Notes: generated by a model not told the origin, from the sequence alone. DNA of 64,000 bases from an uncultured Chryseobacterium sp. (GCA_966211705.1 CBIHOC010000028.1:13767-77766); one strand, 5' to 3'; shown: positions 1 through 9,475, numbered from the stretch's first letter. Program-made: numbers and translations.

Positions 1-881
1 GCGATCTTGCGTGTCCAGTAAGCGTTCGGCATGCGCGGGCAGAACGTGTCCTTCACCGATTTGAGGTACGGCAATCCCGCCGTCCACACGTCCTCGCAGT
101 TCGCCGTTTGCCCGCCGCAGTTGGAATGGAACGCCGCCGTGATCAGGTTCAGCCCGCGATCGACCACCACGAGGCCTTCCGTTTCATCCACGCCGGCCTG
201 CACGTTCCGGTCTGTCGGGCGGCTGCGGTAAGCCTGGCAATGCACGCCGTCGCACACGTCGTAGCCTTCCGTGGCGTGGCGGAACAAATGCGCCAGCGCG
301 TACGTGCGGCAAAGAATGGCCTGCACCTTATAAAATTCTTTCGTGGTGCGCCCGCCTGATTCGGATTCCACCACGCCCGCCACGTAATGCTCGAGGTCGA
401 CGCTGTTGATGCATTGCATGAGCTTGTTCGCCACCGTGATCTCCAGCGTATGGTCGTAAACGCGCGTGCCGGAGTTCGGCTTCACAGGCTTGATCTTGAA
501 CACGGAGCTGTCGGAAAGCGCGGCAAGACGGAACGAAGCAAAACGCCCGAGGGTATCGCCCGGGATGCGCACCTCGACGGAATCGTTGATGAGAACGAGC
601 TGGAAAACTTTCGCGGAAAGCGAATCCGCCTGCAGCCGGTTGTCGAGGTACACCGCGTATTTCCCGCCGCTCACCGAAACGTTCACCGACGTCACCATCA
701 TCGTGGAGAGCAGGCGCACTTCCATGGTGTGGGCCTGGAGAATTGCGGTGAAGAGGAAAGTGGTCAGCACCACCAGGAAGCGGCGGCGGTTGACGGCGGC
801 GGTTGGCGGTTGTTTTGCCGAAGCTGCCGGGTGCGGGATTCCGGGGAAAAATGAATTGTAAGCCGGGGGTGTATTTTTCAT
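1..881 (-). CDS. SpoIID/LytB domain-containing protein (partial; 3' end runs off window start)
   Basis: Manual minus-strand translation from the ATG at 881-879 gives MKNTPPAYNSFFPGIPHPAASAKQPPTAAVNRRRFLVVLTTFLFTAILQA... (signal/TM). Further along it reads ...DLEHYVAGVVESE...AILCRTYALAH...VHCQAY...FHSNCGGQTANCEDVW, which are SpoIID-family motifs. There is no stop before position 1. It is absent from the ORF track because the ORF is open at the edge. Its ATG overlaps the lpxB stop as ATGA. Confidence 0.75.
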   Translation of the reverse strand, partial: MKNTPPAYNSFFPGIPHPAASAKQPPTAAVNRRRFLVVLTTFLFTAILQAHTMEVRLLSTMMVTSVNVSVSGGKYAVYLDNRLQADSLSAKVFQLVLINDSVEVRIPGDTLGRFASFRLAALSDSSVFKIKPVKPNSGTRVYDHTLEITVANKLMQCINSVDLEHYVAGVVESESGGRTTKEFYKVQAILCRTYALAHLFRHATEGYDVCDGVHCQAYRSRPTDRNVQAGVDETEGLVVVDRGLNLITAAFHSNCGGQTANCEDVWTAGLPYLKSVKDTFCPRMPNAYWTRKI

Positions 882-1975
882 CGAAGTAAATGTTCGAGAA
901 TTAGTGAAGCGGTCTTCCCGGAAGCCCCGGCGCCGCCGAGCTTTCCTGCGAGCTCGCGGTAATCGTTCAGCAGCCGTTCGCGCCCTGCCGGATCTTCCGT
1001 GATCTTTTTTAGTTCCGTGGCGATGTTCGCCGCTGTCATTTCTGCCTGGATGAGCTCCTTCACGATCTCGCGGTCCATGACCAGGTTGGGGAGGGAAATG
1101 TATTTCACGTTCGCAACGCGTTTGGCGATGTGGTAGGAAATGGCGCTCGTTTTATAGCAGACGACTTCCGGCAGGTTGAACAGCGCGGCTTCGAGCGTGG
1201 CCGTTCCGGACGTTACCAGCCCGGCATAAGCCTGGCGCAGCAACGCATACGTCTTCCCGAACACGATCTCCATGTTGTCGCCCGCCATCACTTCACGGTA
1301 AAACGATTCCGGCTGGGAAGGCGCGCCTGCAATAACAAAACGGTAAGCGGGAAACTTTGTTGCGGCTTCGAGCATCACGGGAAGGATCGTCCTGATCTCC
1401 TGCCTGCGGCTGCCGGGAAGCACGGCGATGATCTTCCTTCCGTCATCTTCCACCGCTTTCACGTCTTCGAATTTCGCCACGGCATCCAGCAGCGGGTGAC
1501 CGACGAAATCGACGTCGTAACCGAACTTTTTATAGAATTCTTTTTCGAACGGGAGAATGCAGAACACGCGGTCGGACGACTGGCGGATCTTGTGCACGCG
1601 CGATTGTTTCCACGCCCACACCTGCGGGGAAATGTAGTAGAACACGGGAATGCCCAGCTCGTGTGCGAACGGCGCGATGCGCAGGTTGAACCCGGGATAA
1701 TCGACAAGTACCAGCGCATCCGGTTTCCACTGCGCGATATCTTCTTTGCAGAATGAAATGTTGCGAAGGATCGTGCGCAGGTGCATCGCCACTTCGATGA
1801 AGCCCATGAACGCCAGGTCGCGGTAATGCTTTACCAGGTGCGCGCCCTGCGCCTGCATCAGGTCGCCGCCCCACGCACGGAACTCCGCGCCGGGATCGCG
1901 CGCCTTCAGCTCGCGCAGCAGGTTCGACGCATGGAGATCTCCGGAAGCCTCACCTGCTATGACGTAGTACTTCAT
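878..1975 (-). CDS. lpxB: lipid-A-disaccharide synthase
   Basis: The 365-aa ORF has the MKYYVIAGEASGDLH N-terminus and GGDLM...PQVWAWK...LPGSR motifs typical of LpxB. Confidence 0.9.
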   Translation of the reverse strand: MKYYVIAGEASGDLHASNLLRELKARDPGAEFRAWGGDLMQAQGAHLVKHYRDLAFMGFIEVAMHLRTILRNISFCKEDIAQWKPDALVLVDYPGFNLRIAPFAHELGIPVFYYISPQVWAWKQSRVHKIRQSSDRVFCILPFEKEFYKKFGYDVDFVGHPLLDAVAKFEDVKAVEDDGRKIIAVLPGSRRQEIRTILPVMLEAATKFPAYRFVIAGAPSQPESFYREVMAGDNMEIVFGKTYALLRQAYAGLVTSGTATLEAALFNLPEVVCYKTSAISYHIAKRVANVKYISLPNLVMDREIVKELIQAEMTAANIATELKKITEDPAGRERLLNDYRELAGKLGGAGASGKTASLILEHLLR

Positions 1976-1981
1976 ATCCGG

Positions 1982-2281
1982 TCAGGCGAGGAATTTTTCA
2001 TAAATGACCCAGAGCGTGTAGAGAATGGTGGAAAAAAGAACGCCTTTGGCGCTTTCGTTCCGCTCTTTCCAGATGAAGAAAAAAAACAGCGGAAGGTTCG
2101 ACGCGTACACGGCAAGGCTCATGGAAGGGATGATGATCTTGAGACGGGAAAAATATTCGATGAAGCCGGCGAAAGAAGTCTGGTAACGATACGTGAACAG
2201 GTAATACGTGAAGAAGATGGCGATGGGAAGCAGAACTCCCAGGGCAATGCCGACGACTACATGATCGAATCGCTTTTTCAT
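1982..2281 (-). CDS. small hydrophobic membrane protein (hypothetical)
   Basis: Internal start MKKRFDHVVVGIALGVLLPIAIFF... was chosen. Its ATG overlaps the surE stop as ATGA. The longer ORF-track start would overlap surE. Confidence 0.5.
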   Translation of the reverse strand: MKKRFDHVVVGIALGVLLPIAIFFTYYLFTYRYQTSFAGFIEYFSRLKIIIPSMSLAVYASNLPLFFFFIWKERNESAKGVLFSTILYTLWVIYEKFLA

Positions 2282-3066
2282 GACCGGCGTTTTTTGACGG
2301 ATGAAAGGGTTTCGAGCTGCTTCATGGCGTGATGCGCGGTGAGGTCGAACAGAGCAGGTACCACGGAAACGTAGCCGTTCTCCAGCGCCCATGCGTCGGT
2401 GTCGTGCGCGGCGGGCTCGAAATTTTCAAAATGTCCCGTCAGCCAGTAATACTTCCGGCCATACGGATCGGTGCGCTCGTCGAGTTCTTCTTCCCACGTG
2501 CCCCTCGCCTGCCTGCAGATCTTCACGCCTTTGATCTCGTCCACGTGCAGCTTCGGGATGTTCACGTTCAGGCAAACGCCTTCCGGCATGCCATGCTTCA
2601 GCACGCCGCCGATGATCTCCCCGCAATACGCTTCCGATGCGGAAAAGTCGGCTTCGATGCTGTAGTCGAGCAATGAAAAACCGATGGAGGGAATTCCTTC
2701 GATGGCGCCTTCGATCGCCGCCGACATGGTCCCGGAATAGATGATGTTGATGGAATGGTTGGCGCCGTGGTTGATGCCCGACAGGCAGAGCGCGGGTTTG
2801 CGCGGGAGCAATTTGTTCACCGCCATCTTCACGCAGTCCACCGGCGTGCCCGTGCAGCTCCACGATTCCGCGCCTTCATGCGCCGGCAATTTGTGCACGC
2901 GAATGGTCGAGTTGATCGTGATCGCGTGGCCCATGCCCGACTGGGGCTTGTCGGGCGCCACCACGAACACATCGCCGAACTGGCGCGCCACTTTCACCAG
3001 GGCAGTGATCCCCGGCGCGTGGATGCCGTCGTCGTTGGTGACAAGTATCAGCGGTTTCTGAGTCAT
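2278..3066 (-). CDS. surE: 5'/3'-nucleotidase SurE
   Basis: MTQKPLILVTNDDGIHAPGI...SGMGHAIT...NHGAN motifs are present. Start trimmed to MTQKP. Confidence 0.9.
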   Translation of the reverse strand: MTQKPLILVTNDDGIHAPGITALVKVARQFGDVFVVAPDKPQSGMGHAITINSTIRVHKLPAHEGAESWSCTGTPVDCVKMAVNKLLPRKPALCLSGINHGANHSINIIYSGTMSAAIEGAIEGIPSIGFSLLDYSIEADFSASEAYCGEIIGGVLKHGMPEGVCLNVNIPKLHVDEIKGVKICRQARGTWEEELDERTDPYGRKYYWLTGHFENFEPAAHDTDAWALENGYVSVVPALFDLTAHHAMKQLETLSSVKKRRS

Positions 3067-3154
3067 TTCCACAAAGTTAACAGGCCACAGGGGCCGGTTC
3101 TTCACGGAAAGGCCGAGTAATTAAAGGTTAATTGTTGATAAACGTTAAAATAAA

Positions 3155-3215
3155 AGACGGATGGTTCCCCGTCGGCGTGCATCCCCATGCCGGCCTCCGG
3201 GCAAACCATCCGTCT
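3155..3215 (-). terminator. hairpin plus T-run downstream of hsp20
   Basis: AGACGGATGGTT ... AACCATCCGTCT is a 12-bp stem with a long loop. It is followed on the minus strand by TTTTATTTT. Confidence 0.45.
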
Positions 3216-3282
3216 CATTCAACCGGTTGCCGCAACGCTTGTCAAACCCACCCTGCGCGGAAACTGGTGTTCTTTTCAGCCG

Positions 3283-3726
3283 TTACGCGACCGTTATCGC
3301 TTTCGGGCCCGGCTTCGGCTCTTCCTGTTTTTTCGGGATGCCGATGTGAAGCACGCCGTTTTCGTAAGCAGCGCTGATGCTTTCTTCGTTCACTTTTTCT
3401 TTCGGCAGGCGGAAGCTGCGTGTGAAGTCGCCCGTGCGGAATTCGCGGCGGGAGTAATTTTTCTCCTGGCCTTCTTTCGCTTTGTGCGTTGCGCTTACGG
3501 TCAACGTGTCGTTCTCGAGACCGATGCTGAATTCTTCTTTGCTGAATCCCGGTGCGGAAACTTCGATGTGCCAGCTCTTTTCATCCTCGGCGATGTTCAC
3601 CGGGGGAACGTGCGCGGCATGTTCTTTACCGAAAAAAACGTCGTCGAAAATGGACGGAAAGCTGTTGCGGAAAAACGGGTGGCGGTAAGCCTGGCGCTGA
3701 GGCGCGCTTTTCATTGTGTTGTTCAT
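3283..3726 (-). CDS. Hsp20/alpha-crystallin family small heat shock protein
   Basis: WHIEVSAPGFSKEEFSIGLENDTLTV...GVLHIGIPKK matches the alpha-crystallin domain. Confidence 0.9.
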   Translation of the reverse strand: MNNTMKSAPQRQAYRHPFFRNSFPSIFDDVFFGKEHAAHVPPVNIAEDEKSWHIEVSAPGFSKEEFSIGLENDTLTVSATHKAKEGQEKNYSRREFRTGDFTRSFRLPKEKVNEESISAAYENGVLHIGIPKKQEEPKPGPKAITVA

Positions 3727-3735
3727 GGCTATTTT

Positions 3736-3777
3736 GGTTCTGGGTTCTGGGTTCTGAGTTCTGGGTTCTGGGTTTTT
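3736..3777. repeat. tandem heptamer (GGTTCTG)x5-6, immediately upstream of the hsp20 start codon (CAGAACC on the coding strand)
   Basis: Read directly: ggttctg ggttctg ggttctg agttctg ggttctg ggttttt, ending 9 nt before the ATG at 3726. Confidence 0.9.
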
Positions 3778-3998
3778 GTTCTGTTAGAGGTTGTGCAGGA
3801 TTTGTACCAATAGCCGAAACCGTTGATTTTAATGCCATTGCGGCAGTTTTCCAGGTCTTCTTCCTGTCAATTTTTCCGTTTCACTTCTTTACATGCGACA
3901 AACTTTCCGGTAACCGGGCACGCGAAAATGCGCCGGTGAATTCACGCGGAAGAAAGGATCAGATGATGCAAGCGTGAATTGCGCTTCATGTTCAGCTG

Positions 3999-4883
3999 AT
4001 GGTGCCGCAGAATATTTGTAAAACTTTTTACCGGTTGAAAAAAACACGCTACAAGACGATCGTGCTCTCCGATATCCACCTGGGCACTTCGTCCTCCAAA
4101 GCGAAAGAAGTCGTTCATTTCCTGAAACACCACACCTGCGAAACGTTGATCCTTAACGGCGACATCATCGACGGGTGGCAGCTGCGAAAATCGGGAGCCT
4201 GGAAAAAGAAGCACACGAAATTCTTCCGCCTCATCCTCAAACGCGCCTCGAAAGGGACGCGTATCGTTTATGTACGCGGCAACCACGACGATTTCCTCGA
4301 TGAAGTGCTCCCGTTCCGGCTCGGTAATTTTTCCATCTGCCGCGACCATTACATCGGATCGGGAACGAAACGCTATTACGTCGTGCACGGCGACATTTTC
4401 GACACGGTAACGACGAAGCTGAAATGGATCGCGAAGCTGGGCGACGTGGGCTATACGCTCCTGCTTTGGATCAACAAGCATTACAACCTCTGGCGGGAAC
4501 GACGCGGCCTGCCATATTATTCGCTTTCACAGGCCGTGAAGGCGAAGGTGAAAGGCGCGGTAAGCTTCATTTCCGACTTCGAAACACAGCTCGCGGCAGT
4601 CGCCAGGGCGCGGCATTGCGACGGCGTGATCTGCGGCCACATCCACACGCCCGCGGACAAGATGATCGGGAACATTCACTACATCAACAGCGGCGACTGG
4701 GTGGAGTCGCTCACCGCGCTCGTGGAAACGGAAATGAACGAATGGAAAATTCTTCACTACACGGAATGGCTTCGTTCGCTGGAACCGGCACACGCGGCGG
4801 AAACGCCTTCCGGAGAAAACATCCGCCGCCTCACCCCGGAACCGGCCGCCGAACCGGTCGCACAGCAAAAATCCTCCACCTGA
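3999..4883 (+). CDS. UDP-2,3-diacylglucosamine hydrolase-like metallophosphoesterase (LpxH-like)
   Basis: Calcineurin-like phosphoesterase motifs are present: LSDIHLG, LNGDIIDGW, GNHDD, GHIHTP. Confidence 0.7.
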   Translation: MVPQNICKTFYRLKKTRYKTIVLSDIHLGTSSSKAKEVVHFLKHHTCETLILNGDIIDGWQLRKSGAWKKKHTKFFRLILKRASKGTRIVYVRGNHDDFLDEVLPFRLGNFSICRDHYIGSGTKRYYVVHGDIFDTVTTKLKWIAKLGDVGYTLLLWINKHYNLWRERRGLPYYSLSQAVKAKVKGAVSFISDFETQLAAVARARHCDGVICGHIHTPADKMIGNIHYINSGDWVESLTALVETEMNEWKILHYTEWLRSLEPAHAAETPSGENIRRLTPEPAAEPVAQQKSST

Positions 4884-4894
4884 AACGATCCACG

Positions 4895-6037
4895 ATGAAA
4901 CCCAAAGTGATGTTTACCGTCCAGGGCGAAGGCCGCGGGCACATGACACAAGCGATCTCCCTGCAAAAAATGCTGGTCAAAAACGGTTTCGAAATCTGCG
5001 GCGTAATTGTCGGCAGCAGCGGGCGGCGAAATGTGCCGGCGTTTTTCACGGAGAAATTTTCCGGCGTTCCGGTCCTGCAGTTGCAAAGCCCGAACTTTGT
5101 AACGAAAAATAATCGCGGCATCCGCATCGGTGCAACGGCGTGGAAAAACCTGCTGCGCATCCGCTCTTACTTCCGGAGCGCGCGGCTGATGAAGCAGAAG
5201 GTGGAAGAATGGAAGCCCGACCTTATCGTTAACTTTTACGAACCCGTCACCGGGCTGTACGCGAAAACGGTGCATAAGAGCCGCCGCCCGCCCGTGGTTT
5301 GCATCGCACATCAATACCTCGCCGCGCATCATGGTTTCCGTTTCCCGGAAGGGCGGCGCCTCGACCGGTATTTCCTGCGGGGCTATACGAATTTCACCGC
5401 TGCAGGATCGCAGCGCCGGCTGGCGCTCTCCTTCTACCCGCTCACGCAAAGCACGGATCCTCAGCTGAAAGTAGTTCCGCCCCTGCTGCGCGCGGAGATC
5501 AAAACGCTGAACGTTTCGGAGCAGGGCTATTTCCTCTGTTATCTTGTGAATGCCGGCTACCGCAATGACATCGAACGCTGGCACAGGCAGAACCGGCACG
5601 TAAAGCTGCATGTGTTTACCGATATGGCCTCGGAAAAAGAAACGATACAGCTCCATGAAAATTTGTTTTTTCACCAGCTCAGCGACACGCGCTTTATGGA
5701 AAAGATGGCGGGCTGCAACGGGCTGATCAGCTCGGCGGGATTTGAATCCGTGTGCGAAGCATTCTGGCTCGGCAAACCGGTTTACATGGTTCCGGTGGAA
5801 GGCCATTTCGAGCAGCTCTGCAATGCGCACGATGCGCTGCGGGCGGGCGCCGGTATCTTCGACACGGAATTCCGCATCGGGCGCTTCATGCTGTGGATGC
5901 CGACGCACACGTCGAAAAGCGCGGCGTTCCGCGAATGGGAAGCAAAAGCGGAAGAGCTCTTCGTGCGCAATTTCCGCGAAGTGCTGGCGGCGCGTTCTTC
6001 GCTGTTCCCGCTCACCACCGGCTTGCTGCCCGCGTAG
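4895..6037 (+). CDS. glycosyltransferase (GT28/MurG-like C-terminal domain)
   Basis: True start is MKPKVMFTVQGEGRGHMTQAISL, 11 nt after the lpxH-like stop. It lies in the same frame as the long ORF 4424..6037, whose upstream part overlaps lpxH-like and is rejected. Confidence 0.6.
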   Translation: MKPKVMFTVQGEGRGHMTQAISLQKMLVKNGFEICGVIVGSSGRRNVPAFFTEKFSGVPVLQLQSPNFVTKNNRGIRIGATAWKNLLRIRSYFRSARLMKQKVEEWKPDLIVNFYEPVTGLYAKTVHKSRRPPVVCIAHQYLAAHHGFRFPEGRRLDRYFLRGYTNFTAAGSQRRLALSFYPLTQSTDPQLKVVPPLLRAEIKTLNVSEQGYFLCYLVNAGYRNDIERWHRQNRHVKLHVFTDMASEKETIQLHENLFFHQLSDTRFMEKMAGCNGLISSAGFESVCEAFWLGKPVYMVPVEGHFEQLCNAHDALRAGAGIFDTEFRIGRFMLWMPTHTSKSAAFREWEAKAEELFVRNFREVLAARSSLFPLTTGLLPA

Positions 6038-6142
6038 CGGAAATCCAAAAAAACAAAATCCGCCGCGGCGGACAAATCCCAAATCCGCACCATTTGGATT
6101 TTAGGATTTGGATTCTGGAATTTGTCTTTTACTTTGTCGCCT

Positions 6143-7033
6143 ATGAAGCGTAAACGCATTGCATTCGTCATCAACCCGAACTCGGGCGCCGACCTGAAAA
6201 CAGACCGCATGGAGCTGATCCGCGGCATGCTGAGCGACGCGTACGACAACGAGATCATTCCCTGGAAAAATATCGGCGACCGCGACGCGATTTTCGACCG
6301 TGTGAAGTCGGAGAATTTCGACATCGCGGTGGCGGTGGGCGGCGACGGCACGGTGAGCCAGCTGGCGGATGCGCTGTGCGGGACGAATGTGGCGCTGGGC
6401 ATTGTGCCGTTCGGGTCGGGCAACGGGCTGGCGCGTCACCTCGGTGTGCCGATGGACCGTGCGGCGGCGATGAAGCTGCTGGAAACGGGCGTGGTGAAAA
6501 AGATCGACCGCGGGCGGATCAACGGGCATTCGTTCGTGTGCACGGCCGGTGTCGGCTTCGACGCGCGCATCGGGAAACTTTTCGCGGAAAGCACGAAGCG
6601 CGGCTTTGCGACGTACGCGCAGATGACGATGAAGGAATACAATTCCTACAAGCCGGAACACTACACGATCGAAGTGGACGGAAAAAAATACGAGCGCACC
6701 GCTTTTTTATTGACAGTTGCAAACGCCGGGCAGTACGGCAACAACGCGTGGATCGCGCCGAAAGCGAATGCGTGCGACGGCATCCTGCATCTTTCCCTCC
6801 TCAAGCCGTTCAGCTGGTGGAACATGCCCGGCATCGCCGCCAAAATGTTCGGCAAAACGCTCGACACCTCGCCTTTCCTGGAAACCTTCACCGGCCGGAA
6901 GATCCGCATCCTGCGCAACGAACCCGGCCCCGCACATTACGACGGCGAACCCGCCACAATGGGAACGGAACTGATCGCCACGATCGAACCCGCCGCGCTG
7001 AACGTAATGGTAGCCGAAACATTTACCGGGTAG
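6143..7033 (+). CDS. diacylglycerol/lipid kinase family protein (YegS/DgkA-like)
   Basis: MKRKRIAFVINPNSGA...AVGGDGTV...GIVPFGSGNGLARHLG is the DAGK catalytic domain. Confidence 0.8.
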   Translation: MKRKRIAFVINPNSGADLKTDRMELIRGMLSDAYDNEIIPWKNIGDRDAIFDRVKSENFDIAVAVGGDGTVSQLADALCGTNVALGIVPFGSGNGLARHLGVPMDRAAAMKLLETGVVKKIDRGRINGHSFVCTAGVGFDARIGKLFAESTKRGFATYAQMTMKEYNSYKPEHYTIEVDGKKYERTAFLLTVANAGQYGNNAWIAPKANACDGILHLSLLKPFSWWNMPGIAAKMFGKTLDTSPFLETFTGRKIRILRNEPGPAHYDGEPATMGTELIATIEPAALNVMVAETFTG

Positions 7034-7100
7034 CCACAGATTGCACAGATTTCACAGATGGATTTTTCAAATTAATCTGTGAAATCTGTGCAATCTGTGG
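7034..7100. terminator. 26-bp perfect inverted repeat hairpin between convergent genes
   Basis: CCACAGATTGCACAGATTTCACAGAT - loop - ATCTGTGAAATCTGTGCAATCTGTGG. The arms are themselves built of CACAGAT-like heptamers. Confidence 0.6.
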
Positions 7101-7113
7101 CTGTAATCTGTGC

Positions 7114-9351
7114 TTACCGGACGCGCACGAATGTGCCTGTACGCTCGAACGTATGCGGGATAACCACTTCGCCTTTTGCGTTGACGAAGCCGGTAAGCTG
7201 CGTATAATCCACCTGCGACTGGAGCGGCAATGATTTGTTGAAAGGCGGCTTTTCGGGCGTGACGGTTTTGCTCACCTTCCCGGCTTTGTCGATGTACACC
7301 GGTTCGTACAGGCGGATCTTCACGTACGCATAGCCGTGTTCGAACGAGTTCGCGACGTCGTATTTCGGGGGAATGACAAGCTTCCCGGCCTGGTCGATGT
7401 AGCCGAGATTGCCGTATTGTTCTTCCACGACGGCGAGCCCTTCGGAGAAACCGCTGGCGGAGGTGAACCGGGGCCTGATGACCCATTTCCCGGTTTTATC
7501 GATATAGCCGTAGTACACATTATCCTCGCTCTCATATTCCATTGCTTCCTCCGTTTTCGGAATGCCGGCTTCCAGCGGCGACGTTCCGATGAGCGCGAGG
7601 CCTTCGGGCGTGAACGAATGCGCCTGGCGGAATTTCAGCGGAATGACTTCCCTGCCGGTCTTGTCGATGTAGCCCCACTTGTCGCCGTGTCGCACCGCGG
7701 CAAGTCCCTGGCTGAACGGGCGGATGTCGTCGTACACCGGCGCCACGATGACCTTTCCCGTGGTGTCGATGAAACCGTACTTGTTGTTTTTGCAGATGCC
7801 GCCCATGCCTTCGCTGAACCTGTAGGAGCTGTAGCGCGACATGCCCACACCGCGGTTGGGGCCGGGCCGTTCGCCGCGATAGCCGTAATAACCGCCATAA
7901 TAGGCATCATCGTACGAAAGTTCGGACGGCCAGTCGAGCACCGGCATCATCACCCAATTTCCCTGCCGGTCGATAACGCCCCATTTGCCGCGGAAACAGA
8001 CGTAGGCACGACCTCCGCTGAATGGGAAAGCGATTTCGAACTTTGCGGGAATGACCATGTTCCCGGTCGTGTCGATATAGCCATACAGCCGGCGCGACGG
8101 GCGTTCGATGGAATCCGGCTGTCCGCCGCCGAGCACGAAAATATCACTCTCCCTGCGGTAACGCATTTCCCGCCCGAGTCCCAGGAGGTTGAGCGACTGA
8201 TCAGCAGGTTCCCAGTCATAATCGATTTCGAATACATCTCCCGGTTCCGCATCGCACAGCATATCGGAAGCTTTTAATGTCATTACCGCGGCCAGGCCTT
8301 CGCTGAAATCTTCGGCGGTAACGTACTGCGGCTCGATGAACCAGTTTCCTTTCGTGTCGATGTAGCCGTAAAATCCCGGCTCGCAGAAAATTTTGAATCC
8401 TTTCTGCTCTTTGTTCTCCGGCGGGGAAGTTTCCTTTCCGTCTTTGTCGATCCAGAATGTTTTTTCACCCAGCTTCACTTTCGCTTTTCCGTCGGCGTAA
8501 TCGTACACATAATCGTAGACCGGCGCCACCACTTCTTTCCCGTTGTTATCGAGAAATCCCCACTTGCCGCCGGTCATGCTCGTGCCGGAGGAATAACGGC
8601 GTTTTTGTTTCCACATGCCGCCTTTGTTGAACGCCGCGCGTCCTTCTTTCGGCTCCCGGATGAGATCGTACGGCTCCTGGTGCAGCTTCGTGCCTTGCCT
8701 GTCGATGAGGAAATATGAGCCTGCACGGTAACTGTAACGGCCGGAAGGCGAATAGTACATGCTTTGCTCGTACCCGGGCTTCAGCGATTGGTTTGCGATG
8801 ACGGCCACGCCCTCGTGCATCAATGAAGCGTAATCGTATTCAGCGCGGAGAAGCACCGTTCCGTCGGAATTCAGGAAGCCGTATTTTCCGTGCACGTCGG
8901 TGTACAGCACGCTGCCGTCTTCAGAAAGCTGGAGAAAATCATATGTCGCGTCGATGATCCATGTGCCGCTCTCGTCGATCACGCCGAATGCGATCACGCT
9001 GTCCTGGTAATCTCCTTCTTCGTAATAGCTTTCCGTGTTCCTGCGGAGTATTTTTTTGCCGCAAACCGCTTTCCCGCGCGAATACTGGACAAGGTATTCA
9101 TGCTCCGGGCGCATGAGCCATTCGCCTTTGCTGTTGATGACCCCGAATTTCCCGGCAACCTGCGCGATCCACGTGGCGCCTTCCTGCGCAATAAGCAGGG
9201 TGTATTTCGCTTCCACCGCCATTCCCCCGGCAGCATGTTCCAGCCCGTACAATTTCGGCTTGCACGCCGGCGCCAGCCACAGCTCGCCCGGCTTCTGCGC
9301 AAAAAGTATTGTTCCGGACAGGAAGCAGATCAGGCTGAGGAGAATTCGCAT
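7114..9351 (-). CDS. WG repeat-containing secreted protein
   Basis: Signal peptide, then many KYGFIDTTGK/KWGYIDKTG/LYGYIDTTG WG-type repeats. Confidence 0.8.
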   Translation of the reverse strand: MRILLSLICFLSGTILFAQKPGELWLAPACKPKLYGLEHAAGGMAVEAKYTLLIAQEGATWIAQVAGKFGVINSKGEWLMRPEHEYLVQYSRGKAVCGKKILRRNTESYYEEGDYQDSVIAFGVIDESGTWIIDATYDFLQLSEDGSVLYTDVHGKYGFLNSDGTVLLRAEYDYASLMHEGVAVIANQSLKPGYEQSMYYSPSGRYSYRAGSYFLIDRQGTKLHQEPYDLIREPKEGRAAFNKGGMWKQKRRYSSGTSMTGGKWGFLDNNGKEVVAPVYDYVYDYADGKAKVKLGEKTFWIDKDGKETSPPENKEQKGFKIFCEPGFYGYIDTKGNWFIEPQYVTAEDFSEGLAAVMTLKASDMLCDAEPGDVFEIDYDWEPADQSLNLLGLGREMRYRRESDIFVLGGGQPDSIERPSRRLYGYIDTTGNMVIPAKFEIAFPFSGGRAYVCFRGKWGVIDRQGNWVMMPVLDWPSELSYDDAYYGGYYGYRGERPGPNRGVGMSRYSSYRFSEGMGGICKNNKYGFIDTTGKVIVAPVYDDIRPFSQGLAAVRHGDKWGYIDKTGREVIPLKFRQAHSFTPEGLALIGTSPLEAGIPKTEEAMEYESEDNVYYGYIDKTGKWVIRPRFTSASGFSEGLAVVEEQYGNLGYIDQAGKLVIPPKYDVANSFEHGYAYVKIRLYEPVYIDKAGKVSKTVTPEKPPFNKSLPLQSQVDYTQLTGFVNAKGEVVIPHTFERTGTFVRVR

Positions 9352-9475
9352 GGGGTAAATGTTTATGCGAAAGTACGATGTTCAAAGATTCAAACGTCCC
9401 GGGTACTCGGGACTATTCAAAATTCAAAAATTGAACATTCAGAGATACACTCGATGATCCGAATTTTTGAATCTT

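Noticed and set aside
31-861. Plus-strand ORFs 31..231, 108..359, 387..854, 466..861
   Set aside because: All are antisense to the recovered SpoIID-family gene on the minus strand.
4424-4894. N-terminal 157 aa of the 537-aa ORF 4424..6037
   Set aside because: This stretch overlaps the LpxH-like gene in another frame and is Arg/Gly-rich with GC-skew. The real start is the ATG at 4895 (MKPKVMF), 11 nt after the upstream stop.
4757-6082. 441-aa minus-strand ORF
   Set aside because: It is antisense to the glycosyltransferase. The Arg/Ala/Gly-rich low-complexity translation is typical of spurious ORFs in high-GC DNA.
6038-6121. CCGCCGCGGCGG palindrome after the glycosyltransferase as a terminator
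   Set aside because: It is a perfect 12-bp palindrome but has no T-run. It could be a restriction-site-like sequence or a weak terminator, and I have too little evidence to call it.
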